A stretch of 29,184 nucleotides of DNA from Ignisphaera sp. (lineage in GTDB: Archaea; Thermoproteota; Thermoprotei_A; Sulfolobales; Ignisphaeraceae), in contig JAWAHS010000010.1 of the NCBI GenBank assembly GCA_038889075.1, forward strand, positions 23,068-52,251, given 5' to 3'. Positions 7,780 to 16,739 of the stretch are shown here, piece after piece. The translations under genes and the position numbers were made by a program. Below the pieces are notes generated by a model that made no database searches, was not told where the DNA came from, and saw only the letters and a list, made by a program, of their open reading frames with translations. Numbering within the stretch: position 1 is the first letter of the stretch; every line of letters begins with the position of its first letter.

Positions 7780-9633
7780 ATGTCCAGGAGTAGACTGCTT
7801 GGTAAAGCTGGTGAAACAGCTTTTCTTCTTGGTAATGAAGCTATTGCCAGAGGAGCCATCGAATACGGTATAGGTGTTGCAGCTGCTTACCCTGGAACAC
7901 CATCAAGTGAGATTATCGGTACCCTTGCCCAAATTGCTAAGAATCTCGGCATACACGTTGAGTGGAGCGTCAATGAAAAAACAGCTTTTGAAGTAGCTTA
8001 TGCAGCTGCTATGAGTGGTGTTCCAAGCCTAACGGCTATGAAACACGTTGGACTTAATGTAGCTTCTGATCCTCTTATGTCCAGTGCATACACAGGTGTG
8101 AAAGCCGGCTTTGTTATTGTTACAGCTGACGATCCGTATATGCATAGTAGCCAGAATGAGCAGGATAACAGATGGTATGGTTTACACGCATACATACCTG
8201 TTCTAGAGCCTGCAGGTGTTCAGGAGGCTAAGGATCTTACATATATGGGGTTGGAGCTCTCAGAGAGATTGGAGCATCCATTTATCCTTAGATCGCTCAC
8301 TAGGGTAAGCCATGCTAGAGCACCTGTAAAGCTTGGTGAAATAGGATCTCCCAGATCATCAGGGGTATTTCTGCGAGAACCTGAGAGATGGGCTGTGATT
8401 CCAGCACATGCAAGGGTGATGAAGCGTAGAGTTCTTGAGAAGTGGATGAGGATTGGAGAGATGCTAGCAGATCTACCCTATAATAGGATTGAGGGTGATG
8501 GTTCCACGCTCATCGTTGCCTCAGGTATAGGGTATGCATACACTAGGGATGCGGTAAACATATTGGGTTGTAGAGCTAGGATTCTGAAAATATCTACACC
8601 CGTTCCCCTACCTAGGAAACTCGTTGAAAAGTCTTTAGATGGTGTTGAGAAGATACTCGTTATAGAGGAGACGGATCCTGTTGTAGAGATGCAACTCAAA
8701 TCCATACTAGTAGATATCGGTATGAATATCGAGGTACACGGTGGAGATCTCATTGGAAGATTTGGTGAACTTACAATAGACAGGGTTGCCCAAGCTATAG
8801 CAAAGGTATGTGGTATACCATGGCTGCCTCCACAGCCACTTAAACCAGAAATAGAGCCTCCACCGAGAAGTCCTATTCTATGCCCTGGCTGTCCCCACAG
8901 AGCTACATTCTATGCACTTAAGCTAGCAGCCAAAAAGGTTGGTGTAGACCCTATATACACAGGGGATATAGGATGCTACAGTCTTGGTATATCACCTCCA
9001 TTTAGAGTTCAAGATACTATAGTAGAGATGGGTGGAAGCATAGGGCTTGCAAATGGCTTTGCACATACAGTTAGAGATAGACCCGTTGTAGCTATTCTAG
9101 GAGATTCAACATTTTTCCACGCAGGCATACCACCTCTTGTAAATGCTGTATACAATAGAGCTCCTATGCTAATTCTAGTACTGGATAACGAGACGACCGG
9201 CATGACTGGTTTCCAACCACATCCAGGCACCGGGCTAACTGCAAAAGGTGAGCAAACGAGGAGAGTATTCATTGAGGATATCGCTAAAGCTGTAGGTGTA
9301 TCCCATGTAGAGGTCTTCGATCCTTATAGTGTCAGGGAAGCTGTTGAAACTATAGAGAGAGGGCTTAGGGTGGCCCTAGGTGGAGATGTTGCACTTCTTG
9401 TAGCTAGAAGAACGTGCTCTCTACTCGCAGTAAGGCTAGGTCTGCTTAGGGATGTATACTCTATAGATAGCAGCAGATGTATAGGATGTCTGCTATGTGT
9501 GAAAAATTTGATGTGCCCAGCTATAACCGTTGAGGATGGTAGACCACATATAGTTAAAGCTCTCTGCCGCGGATGTGGTGTGTGTACACAGATATGCCCT
9601 GTTAAAGCCATAGATAGAGGAGGTGCTGGATGA
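7780..9633 (+). CDS. iorA: indolepyruvate:ferredoxin oxidoreductase subunit alpha
   Basis: GNEAIARG, YPGTPSSEI, NEK, MKHVG, CPGCPHR, GDIGCY, TPP motif GDSTFFHAG...DN, and two C-terminal ferredoxin CxxCxxC...CP motifs. Confidence 0.95.
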   Translation: MSRSRLLGKAGETAFLLGNEAIARGAIEYGIGVAAAYPGTPSSEIIGTLAQIAKNLGIHVEWSVNEKTAFEVAYAAAMSGVPSLTAMKHVGLNVASDPLMSSAYTGVKAGFVIVTADDPYMHSSQNEQDNRWYGLHAYIPVLEPAGVQEAKDLTYMGLELSERLEHPFILRSLTRVSHARAPVKLGEIGSPRSSGVFLREPERWAVIPAHARVMKRRVLEKWMRIGEMLADLPYNRIEGDGSTLIVASGIGYAYTRDAVNILGCRARILKISTPVPLPRKLVEKSLDGVEKILVIEETDPVVEMQLKSILVDIGMNIEVHGGDLIGRFGELTIDRVAQAIAKVCGIPWLPPQPLKPEIEPPPRSPILCPGCPHRATFYALKLAAKKVGVDPIYTGDIGCYSLGISPPFRVQDTIVEMGGSIGLANGFAHTVRDRPVVAILGDSTFFHAGIPPLVNAVYNRAPMLILVLDNETTGMTGFQPHPGTGLTAKGEQTRRVFIEDIAKAVGVSHVEVFDPYSVREAVETIERGLRVALGGDVALLVARRTCSLLAVRLGLLRDVYSIDSSRCIGCLLCVKNLMCPAITVEDGRPHIVKALCRGCGVCTQICPVKAIDRGGAG

Positions 9634-10274
9634 AGATAGAGATAGCTGTATGCGGTGTCGGTGGCCAAGGAGTTGTGACTATGAGTGCTGTAATAGGGGA
9701 GATTTGTGTTAGACGTGGATTAAATGTAGTAGCTGCTGAAACCCATGGTATGGCACAGAGGATGGGATCCGTAGAGGTTTTTGTTAGAATAGGGGATGTA
9801 GAAGCACCGTTAATCTCTCCTGCATCAGCAGATTATGTCGTAGCTCTAGAGATGGTAGAGGCGCTAAGGGGTGTTAGATATCTTAAGAGATGCGGATGGA
9901 TTCTCGTTAGCAATATATACATACCTCCACCGGGTAGCGATAGAGTACCATCAAGGAGACAGGTAATTGAACTGCTATCAAAGCTGCCTATCAAAATGAT
10001 TGTTATAGACGTTGAGGAAATCATAAATAGGTTGGAAGATCCTAGAGTTGTTAATATGGCTATGCTTGGTGCTCTTCTATCTTTTAAAGACATATCGAAA
10101 ATACTACCAATAGATGTAGCTGAAGATGTTGTACAGGGGATGCTTGGTAGTGTAAATAGGGAAGCTCTTGCCATGGGATACAGGCAAGCTTTGGAAAAAA
10201 TGAATAACGGAAACGGTATATACGTATCGAACGTCTGTACCTACTCTACTGCTCCCTCTTCCAATCAAGGCTAG
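9630..10274 (+). CDS. iorB: indolepyruvate:ferredoxin oxidoreductase subunit beta
   Basis: GVGGQG, ETHGMAQRMGSV, NMAMLGAL. ATGA overlap with the iorA stop. Confidence 0.93.
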   Translation: MKIEIAVCGVGGQGVVTMSAVIGEICVRRGLNVVAAETHGMAQRMGSVEVFVRIGDVEAPLISPASADYVVALEMVEALRGVRYLKRCGWILVSNIYIPPPGSDRVPSRRQVIELLSKLPIKMIVIDVEEIINRLEDPRVVNMAMLGALLSFKDISKILPIDVAEDVVQGMLGSVNREALAMGYRQALEKMNNGNGIYVSNVCTYSTAPSSNQG

Positions 10275-11578
10275 CCATTAGATACTATGTACACTCTCTT
10301 AGCCTTACCTTCACTTCTCGGAAGCATACCTGGATCGACAACCTCAATCTCCGGTTCCACAACTATGGCTTCTCTTAACTCATACTGCAACCTTCTAGCT
10401 AGGAAATTCCTTTCCTCATCACTAAGTTTTCGAGATGATTCAACCTTGATTGAGAGTCTATCACCACCATCACTCTTCACAACCACAATCTGATACTCAT
10501 TACCAACAAGAGGATTGCTGTGGAGAACAACCTCTATTGCTGATGGCCATATGTTTACTCCGTTTACTATGAACATATCGTCTGTTCTTCCCTGTATTCT
10601 ATCTATTTTTCTATGTGTTCTTCCACATAGACACTGTTTGACATCCAGTATTCTTGTTATATCCCTTGTTCTATATCTTATTAGAGGCATTGCATCCTTT
10701 GATAGAGTTGTCACCACTAGCTCACCCCTCTCCTCAGGCTCCAAAACATCGCCTGTCCTAGGATCAACAACCTCAACAAGATAGTGATCCTCCCAAACAT
10801 GAAGACCTTCATGGTATTGGCAATCTATAGCGGTTCCAGGTCCATAGAGCTCGGCCATACCATAGATATCGAATGTCTCCATCTCCCATATCTTCTCTAT
10901 TTTTCTCCTAAGAGAATCGCTCCACATTTCAGCACCGAAAACACCTTTTCTTACTCTTGTATCTTTAGCTGGATCTATACCCATTTCAAAAGCTACTTCA
11001 GCAAGCCTAAGAGCATAGTTTGCTATTCCCGCAATCATCGTTGTCCCCAGCTTGACCATAACGTAGATCTGTCTTCGTGAAAATCCCGGTCCTGTTGGAA
11101 CTATGCATGCACCTATCTTTCTAGCTCCATAGAAGAATCCAAAGCCTCCTGTAAATAGGCTGAAACTCGGTGTTATCTGTAGTATGTCCTTTTCTGTGAG
11201 ACCTGCTGATGCCAGAGATCTGGCCATTACCTCACTCCAGTTCTCTATATCAATCTGTGTATAGTACATGAATACAGGTTCTCCTGTTGTTCCAGATGTT
11301 CCGTGAACTTCTACAACCTCTGTGAAATCAGTTGATAGGTATCCAAATGGCTGTGTCTCCCTCAAATCGTCTTTTGTTGTAAATGGTAGTTTTCTAGTAT
11401 CGTTGAGGCTTCTAATATCTTCGGGAGCAATACCAGCCTCTCTCATCTTCCTACGATAGTGCTCTACGCCATTATATAGCCTATAGATCTGCTCCCTCAG
11501 TCTCTGAAGCTGGATCTTCTCTATATCCTCCCTCCTTGCACACTCTATGCTGGGATTCCAGATCCAGCTATCAGGCAT
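10271..11578 (-). CDS. paaK: phenylacetate--CoA ligase family, copy 2
   Basis: LPFTTKDDLR, HGTSGTTGEP, FTGGFGFFYG, FGAEMW, YGMAELYGPG, LPRSEGKAKRV. ATG at 11578 follows an AGGTGA RBS; alternative GTG 11587. Confidence 0.93.
   Translation of the reverse strand: MPDSWIWNPSIECARREDIEKIQLQRLREQIYRLYNGVEHYRRKMREAGIAPEDIRSLNDTRKLPFTTKDDLRETQPFGYLSTDFTEVVEVHGTSGTTGEPVFMYYTQIDIENWSEVMARSLASAGLTEKDILQITPSFSLFTGGFGFFYGARKIGACIVPTGPGFSRRQIYVMVKLGTTMIAGIANYALRLAEVAFEMGIDPAKDTRVRKGVFGAEMWSDSLRRKIEKIWEMETFDIYGMAELYGPGTAIDCQYHEGLHVWEDHYLVEVVDPRTGDVLEPEERGELVVTTLSKDAMPLIRYRTRDITRILDVKQCLCGRTHRKIDRIQGRTDDMFIVNGVNIWPSAIEVVLHSNPLVGNEYQIVVVKSDGGDRLSIKVESSRKLSDEERNFLARRLQYELREAIVVEPEIEVVDPGMLPRSEGKAKRVYIVSNG
10531..10810. 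repeat. 280-bp perfect inverted repeat, right arm; partner 7237-7516
   Basis: Reverse complement of 7237-7516. Confidence 0.93.
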
Positions 11579-11623
11579 AGAAATCACCTATAGAGCAACG
11601 GAGTTCCATGGATTGGTTATCTC

Positions 11624-11629
11624 TATAAA
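11624..11629 (-). promoter_or_regulatory. candidate TATA box of paaK copy 2
   Basis: TTTATA on the minus strand about 35 bp upstream of the AGGTGA RBS. Confidence 0.4.
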
Positions 11630-12286
11630 CTATGGCATAGAGAATGGCATTTTCAGCTCTACATACATTTAGATAAACTAGCTCCATTGGCTCATCTAAA
11701 ACCACCTCAGACGAGTCTCTCTATAATATGGAACGGAATTTAAAGTTTTCGGACAAATACAGCAAAGCTATCTATATTACTGGTAGCCGACTTCCACTAT
11801 CGTCATAGGTTAGTAGAACGGTTGACTTGACGTAGTTATTGGCTCCTACACAGCTAGTCTAGTTGTGGAAAGACTATATTACTAGGGTTTCTACTATTTA
11901 TTTGAAAGCTTTCAAAATCTATTGCTTTGGACTGCTAGATAGAATACAGCTGATTACTGTAGTAGGTCTAGCAATAGTAGATGGAGTAGAGCTCTTCTAC
12001 TCTGTATAGACAGCCATGCATTCTCCATGGATGATACACTTCTTCAAAAGCTTCCACAGCCTAAGAGATTCTTAGTTTTTACAGGGTAGTAGATATAATC
12101 TCTAGAAATCTTTATCAACCCCAACTATCTTACCACATCTTTGAATACATGTATAATGGATATTGCGTTTTATAGAAGACTGTATTCCTCTACATAGAGA
12201 TGTATTTTCAGTTGCATGGATTTAGAAAATCCGTAGATCTCCTTAAATTTTTAAGGTATTCTATCTCTATCTTGTGTGGTGGTTTT

Positions 12287-12994
12287 ATGGAGATTTTTGT
12301 TGGTACTTCTGGATGGGTCTATGACTGGAATGTTGGAGGTTCTCTGGATTGGTATCTAGAGAATTCCGGACTTAATGCTGTAGAGCTTAATGCTTCTTTC
12401 TATAGATTCCCTTTTCCTAACCAGGTTAAGGGCTGGGCTAGAAAAACCTCTAGCCATGGTATTAGATGGGCTGTTAAGGTCTATAGAGGAATTACACATT
12501 TTAAGAGGTTGGGTGGAAATTCTTTAGATCTCTGGATGAAGTTCTACCATCTATTTAAACCTCTTGATAGATACATAGATTTCTACCTTTTTCAAATGCC
12601 TCCAACTTTTATTAGAACTGAGGATAGTATTAATAGGATCGAGATGTTTGCCAGAGCTGTAAATCTTGGTAGCAGACTTGCTATAGAGTTTCGACATAGT
12701 AGCTGGTTCCTAGAAGAGGTTGTTGAAATATGTAGAAATCTGGGAATAACGGCAGTCTCCATCGATGCTCCTATAGGTAGGTGGATAGTATCGAGCAATA
12801 GTATAGTGTATCTGAGGCTCCACGGTACTGATGTCTGGTATGGATACAACTACAGCTTTAAGCAACTTAAAGAGATCGCAGAAAGCATTATATCTCTTGA
12901 TCCGAGAAAGATCTACATATTCTTTAACAACAATCACTGGATGCTTGAAAATGCACAGACAATGTTAAATATACTAAAATCTTCAAAGATATGA
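12287..12994 (+). CDS. DUF72 (YecE-like) protein
   Basis: IFVGTSGW, AVELNASFYRFP, ITHFKRL, LFQMPP, IEFRHSSW, YLRLHG, IFFNN. ATG at 12287 follows a GGTGG RBS; the ORF-track start at 12200 is probably too long. Confidence 0.92.
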   Translation: MEIFVGTSGWVYDWNVGGSLDWYLENSGLNAVELNASFYRFPFPNQVKGWARKTSSHGIRWAVKVYRGITHFKRLGGNSLDLWMKFYHLFKPLDRYIDFYLFQMPPTFIRTEDSINRIEMFARAVNLGSRLAIEFRHSSWFLEEVVEICRNLGITAVSIDAPIGRWIVSSNSIVYLRLHGTDVWYGYNYSFKQLKEIAESIISLDPRKIYIFFNNNHWMLENAQTMLNILKSSKI

Positions 12995-13239
12995 CAGGGT
13001 TGGCCGACATAGTATGCAAGGTGTAGGGAATTCCCTCAATCCATTAGAAATTCAATTGATTCTGTATAGGAAAGACCATAACCATGCATACATAGTTTAC
13101 AAATGAATTGAAGGTGGGTGGATATACGGTGAAACTATGGGTTTGACGTAACTAGCAATGATTGTTGAATGGGATTGTATTGGAGTTGACTATAGAGTAT
13201 TTTTAAATGAATTGAATATAGTTTAAAAAGGGGCTTACA

Positions 13240-14100
13240 TCAGCCTTTAATGAACCATTCGAAATTCTTTCTAAATATTTTTTCAAGTTCTTCATCACTT
13301 CTTGCAAGAATTCCCTTTAGTATCGATAAATCTCTGTTAATAGCGCTGCTGATACACTGTGCATCAATATGGCAATCTGAGGCGAACATAAGCATTTCAG
13401 CACCTAAATAGGTTACAGCTTTGAATAGTGCATCTATTTTCCATTGGAGTGGAGCACCCGATGATATATCGAATATTATCTGGGGTCTTCCATAGGGAGA
13501 CGAAATCCATCCATATTTTGTTGGATAGAGGAATCTTCCACCGACTGCAAGTGCTTCATCAATCCAAGGCCAGCAGATGTGTGCTAGAGCAAATCTTAGC
13601 TTCTTGAATCTCATAAGCGGTTCATAGAGTACTGGTTTGCAGAATCTAGAAGAGTCTGGGAAGCCCCATGAAATTCCGCAGTGGAAGAGTATGGGGGTGT
13701 TGATCTCTTCGAGCTTCTCATATAGTGGATAGAGCTTTTCTTCATAGGGATACCAGCCAGCGGGAATCATTTTAACACCACTCAACTCTTTGTCTACCAG
13801 AGCCCATTCGACAAGCTTTACCAACTCATTACTATCGCTAACCATACGCGGATCTACAAAAGCAAATCCGTAAACTCTCCCACTCAACATTTTCTGAATA
13901 CTAGAGAGATGCTCTATCGAAGATCTGAATTCTTCAACACTAATGGGGTGCCACACATCCTTTAAAAGGTATGGATGGTATGAAATTACAATACCCTTTT
14001 CGATATTTGCATTATCGAATGCCTTTTCTATTTCCTTAGCAGTCTCCCTACCAGAGGAATGTATATGAGGATCGCAAATTCTCATATTCAAAACTGCCAC
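13240..14100 (-). CDS. amidohydrolase family protein (Amidohydro_2-like, metal-dependent TIM barrel)
   Basis: DPHIH (HxH), GVKM, PILFHCG, LAHIC, MFASD. Confidence 0.87.
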   Translation of the reverse strand: MAVLNMRICDPHIHSSGRETAKEIEKAFDNANIEKGIVISYHPYLLKDVWHPISVEEFRSSIEHLSSIQKMLSGRVYGFAFVDPRMVSDSNELVKLVEWALVDKELSGVKMIPAGWYPYEEKLYPLYEKLEEINTPILFHCGISWGFPDSSRFCKPVLYEPLMRFKKLRFALAHICWPWIDEALAVGGRFLYPTKYGWISSPYGRPQIIFDISSGAPLQWKIDALFKAVTYLGAEMLMFASDCHIDAQCISSAINRDLSILKGILARSDEELEKIFRKNFEWFIKG

Positions 14101-14130
14101 ACCAATGTATGCCGCAGTCCTAGCATGAGA

Positions 14131-14139
14131 TATAAAAAG
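14131..14139 (-). promoter_or_regulatory. TATA box of the amidohydrolase gene
   Basis: CTTTTTATA about 31 bp upstream of the GTG start at 14100. Confidence 0.5.
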
Positions 14140-14234
14140 CTATCTGAAGCCAGAACGATCATTTCAATACTTTTAGGTGGCTAAGCCATAGATGCAAAAC
14201 ACTATATAAAAACTGTAGCCTAAGTATATAACTA

Positions 14235-14423
14235 CTAAGATAGGACTCTTCTTTTTATTGCTATGATAACGAGTACAAGTAGTAGTAGAGATATCAATAG
14301 GGCAAGTACATTAATTACATATGATGGTGAGTTAACATCTTGAAAAGGAAGTGTAATTAGGGATAGGATCAGTAAAAGTATTGCAATCGATAGCCATGTT
14401 CTAAGTACACCGTGTCCATTCAT
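14235..14423 (-). CDS. small membrane protein with two TM helices
   Basis: 62 aa, two hydrophobic helices separated by QDVNSPSY, basic C-terminal tail KRR. Confidence 0.7.
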   Translation of the reverse strand: MNGHGVLRTWLSIAILLLILSLITLPFQDVNSPSYVINVLALLISLLLLVLVIIAIKRRVLS

Positions 14424-14441
14424 GTTGTAGTCAACTTTTTA

Positions 14442-14652
14442 CTATCTTCTTGTATAGAGGTGGCATGCTACGTAGTGGTTCTGTGAAATTTCCACCGGCC
14501 TTGGCTTAACCACATTGCATGTTCCATCGATGTAGTAGGGGCACCGGGTATGAAATCTGCAACCAGGTGGTGGGTTTGAGATACTTGGTATGTCTAAGCT
14601 TCTCGATTTGGGAAGCCTCTTGGTTCTCGTAATCTTTGGATCTGGTTCAAGT
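14442..14652 (-). pseudogene. remnant: C-terminal (oligo_HPY) domain of an oligopeptide ABC transporter ATPase
   Basis: Manual translation EPDPKITRTKRLPKSRSLDIPSISNPPPGCRFHTRCPYYIDGTCNVVKPRPVEISQNHYVACHLYTRR*. An in-frame stop lies shortly upstream and there is no ATPase core. Confidence 0.82.
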
Positions 14653-14867
14653 TTTTCGTATTTTTGTGTTACATATAATCCTTCTATGTTTTAGATTATT
14701 GGTTCGGTGGCTCTTCTAGAGCTGCCTCGTTTAATATTTCCTTGAATTCTACTAGCATAAATTGTATAATTCGTGCGTTATGTGTTGGAGTAGCTTAGTT
14801 TACTATAGTATTTGGCATGCAAGCTTATAGTTATTCATATGGTGACGATATGTAGATTAGGTGACTG

Positions 14868-15596
14868 GTGGGTATGATAAGGGCTGTGTCTTTCGATCTC
14901 TGGTTTACCTTGATTTGGGAAAAGCATCCAGATGATGAGGAGCTGTACAGCAGAATGAGGGCGGAGTCCATTTTCAAGATACTTAGATCGAGAGGTTATG
15001 ATGTAAGTCTAGGCAGGATTCGTGAAATCTATATGGGTTTAGGAGCGGCGAGAATGGTTATGAATGGTAGGGAGATTGCTTCGATGATTTTAATAGGCCT
15101 AGGTTTAAAGAATCGCGGCGAGCTCATTGACGAAATTGCAGAAGTGTATGAAATGTCAACATCGGAGTTTAGACCCAGGGAGAATCCTGAGGCACGGCAT
15201 GTCCTCTCTACACTTAAGAGAATGGGTATGAGAATCGCTATTGTTAGTAATACCAGCTTTAGTGGTAGAGGGGTTAAAGCTCTTCTGAGAAATGTTGGAA
15301 TCGATAACTATGTAGATGTAATAATTTCATCATCTGATGTCGGATTCGCTAAGCCGCAGAGAATGATATTTCAGAGACTGGTTACATCCATAGGAATAGA
15401 GCCTACCGAGGTAGTTCACGTAGGAGATGCCTGTGTTGAGGATGTAATGGGAGCGCTAGCTAGTAATATACATGCCGTATACTATACTGGTCTACTCCAT
15501 CTAAGGGGAGCAAAGCCCAATGTGCTATGCTTAGACCTTGTACCAACAATCAAAAGCCTAGGCGAATTTCTTGATCTATTAAAAATCATTGAGTAG
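14868..15596 (+). CDS. HAD-superfamily hydrolase
   Basis: Motif I FDLWFTL, motif II IVSNT, motif III KP, motif IV HVGDACVEDV. Confidence 0.9.
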   Translation: MGMIRAVSFDLWFTLIWEKHPDDEELYSRMRAESIFKILRSRGYDVSLGRIREIYMGLGAARMVMNGREIASMILIGLGLKNRGELIDEIAEVYEMSTSEFRPRENPEARHVLSTLKRMGMRIAIVSNTSFSGRGVKALLRNVGIDNYVDVIISSSDVGFAKPQRMIFQRLVTSIGIEPTEVVHVGDACVEDVMGALASNIHAVYYTGLLHLRGAKPNVLCLDLVPTIKSLGEFLDLLKIIE

Positions 15597-15839
15597 AAGC
15601 CTCCATTTCAATATTTGCAAAGAAGATATGTGTAGATCTTACTATTTAGCTACCCTATGTAGTTTCATATGCTATTCAAAACATATGAAGATACCTTTCA
15701 GCGATTCTCTAAAAAACACATTTATAGAATGCTAGATCTGGGTGTTTGGTAGCGATGCAAGACCCGTCTATACAACTGTGCATCTCTAGAGATCTTAAAA
15801 ATAGAATGAATAGAGAAGTGAACGCCGGTCTAAGAATAC

Positions 15840-16187
15840 ATGGTGATGATGGTTATGAACACAGTTAGAAATATTATCTATGAAGGGGCATCTAGGGTCT
15901 CCCCCGGACTTCTAGAGGCATTGAATTTAGTGTGCACTACAAATACGGGTAGAGACTGTATCGATCTTCTATTTAATGAACCTGAAACTCTACGGAGAAT
16001 CCTGCTAGGTTTTATAGGGAATGCGATTGCTGTGAGGATTGTTATAAAAACTATATTTCTAAAACCTATAGAAAGGCATTTCAATACGGACTCCGAAGCT
16101 CTAGCTACTCTATTTTTTGAAGATATAGAGATGTTTAAAGAGTTTATCAATTCCATTATACAGCCTCTACCATTGCAAGCTTATTGA
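15840..16187 (+). CDS. hypothetical protein
   Basis: 115-aa helical-looking ORF with a CxxxxxxxC pair and an AT-rich element upstream; family not confidently recognised. Confidence 0.6.
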   Translation: MVMMVMNTVRNIIYEGASRVSPGLLEALNLVCTTNTGRDCIDLLFNEPETLRRILLGFIGNAIAVRIVIKTIFLKPIERHFNTDSEALATLFFEDIEMFKEFINSIIQPLPLQAY

Positions 16188-16309
16188 ATACGCTTCTTCC
16201 AAAGCTATTCAACAGCAAGCTGAGAACGCTATTCACATTCCTTACTTCTCCACATCGCTCTTCCCTAGATGGGGGAACTTCCATTGAACTGCAAAAAATG
16301 TATTATATT

Positions 16310-16625
16310 TACAAAATTATATCAAACAGAATAGCCGTTATGTATCTAGGTAAAATAGTTGAACTGGGTTCCACAAAAATGTGCTGGAGAAACCTTACAC
16401 TTCTATATACAAGCTCTTCTAATCGCAATACCTGCAATAGATGGGTATAAACCTTATAAAAGCATAGAGCTTAAAGGAGAGATATCGGAAAACATACCAG
16501 AGAAAGGATGTAGACTATTTAATAGATGCCAATTTGCAACAAATTTGTGCAGCAGAGAGGAACCTGCATTAATGGAGATAAAATCCAATCACAAAGTAGC
16601 ATGCCGGCTTCTCATTAAAAGATAG
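16310..16625 (+). pseudogene. remnant of an oligopeptide ABC transporter ATPase (DppD/DppF-like), C-terminal part
   Basis: ISNRIAVMYLGKIVELGSTK, NVLEKP and LHFYIQALL...GCRLFNRCQFATNLC...KVACRL are spread over three frames (two single-base deletions near 16378 and 16395). No Walker A/B motifs upstream. Confidence 0.85.
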
Positions 16626-16739
16626 TTTAACTTGGTACCTGATCCTGCATATCCTAGGGTCACAAACCACTCTATCAAAATTATAGCAAGATCGTCAGAA
16701 TTCTTCAAAAATCTGCTCTAATCTTTGGGTATCGATATA

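Noticed and set aside
13020-13220. AAATGAATTGAA occurs twice (about 13101 and 13205), resembling the ATTGAAAG end of crenarchaeal CRISPR repeats
   Set aside because: Only two 12-bp copies about 104 bp apart, no full-length repeat, no regular spacing and no cas genes.
15782-15793. 12-bp palindrome ATCTCTAGAGAT, and CCTATA-T-TATAGG at 23226-23238
   Set aside because: CTAG-, TATA- and AGAT-containing words are very frequent throughout this sequence, so short palindromes of this kind are expected by chance.
16184-16450. 88-aa ORF (and overlapping 16359-16625) as independent genes
   Set aside because: Both are frameshifted pieces of one ABC ATPase remnant.
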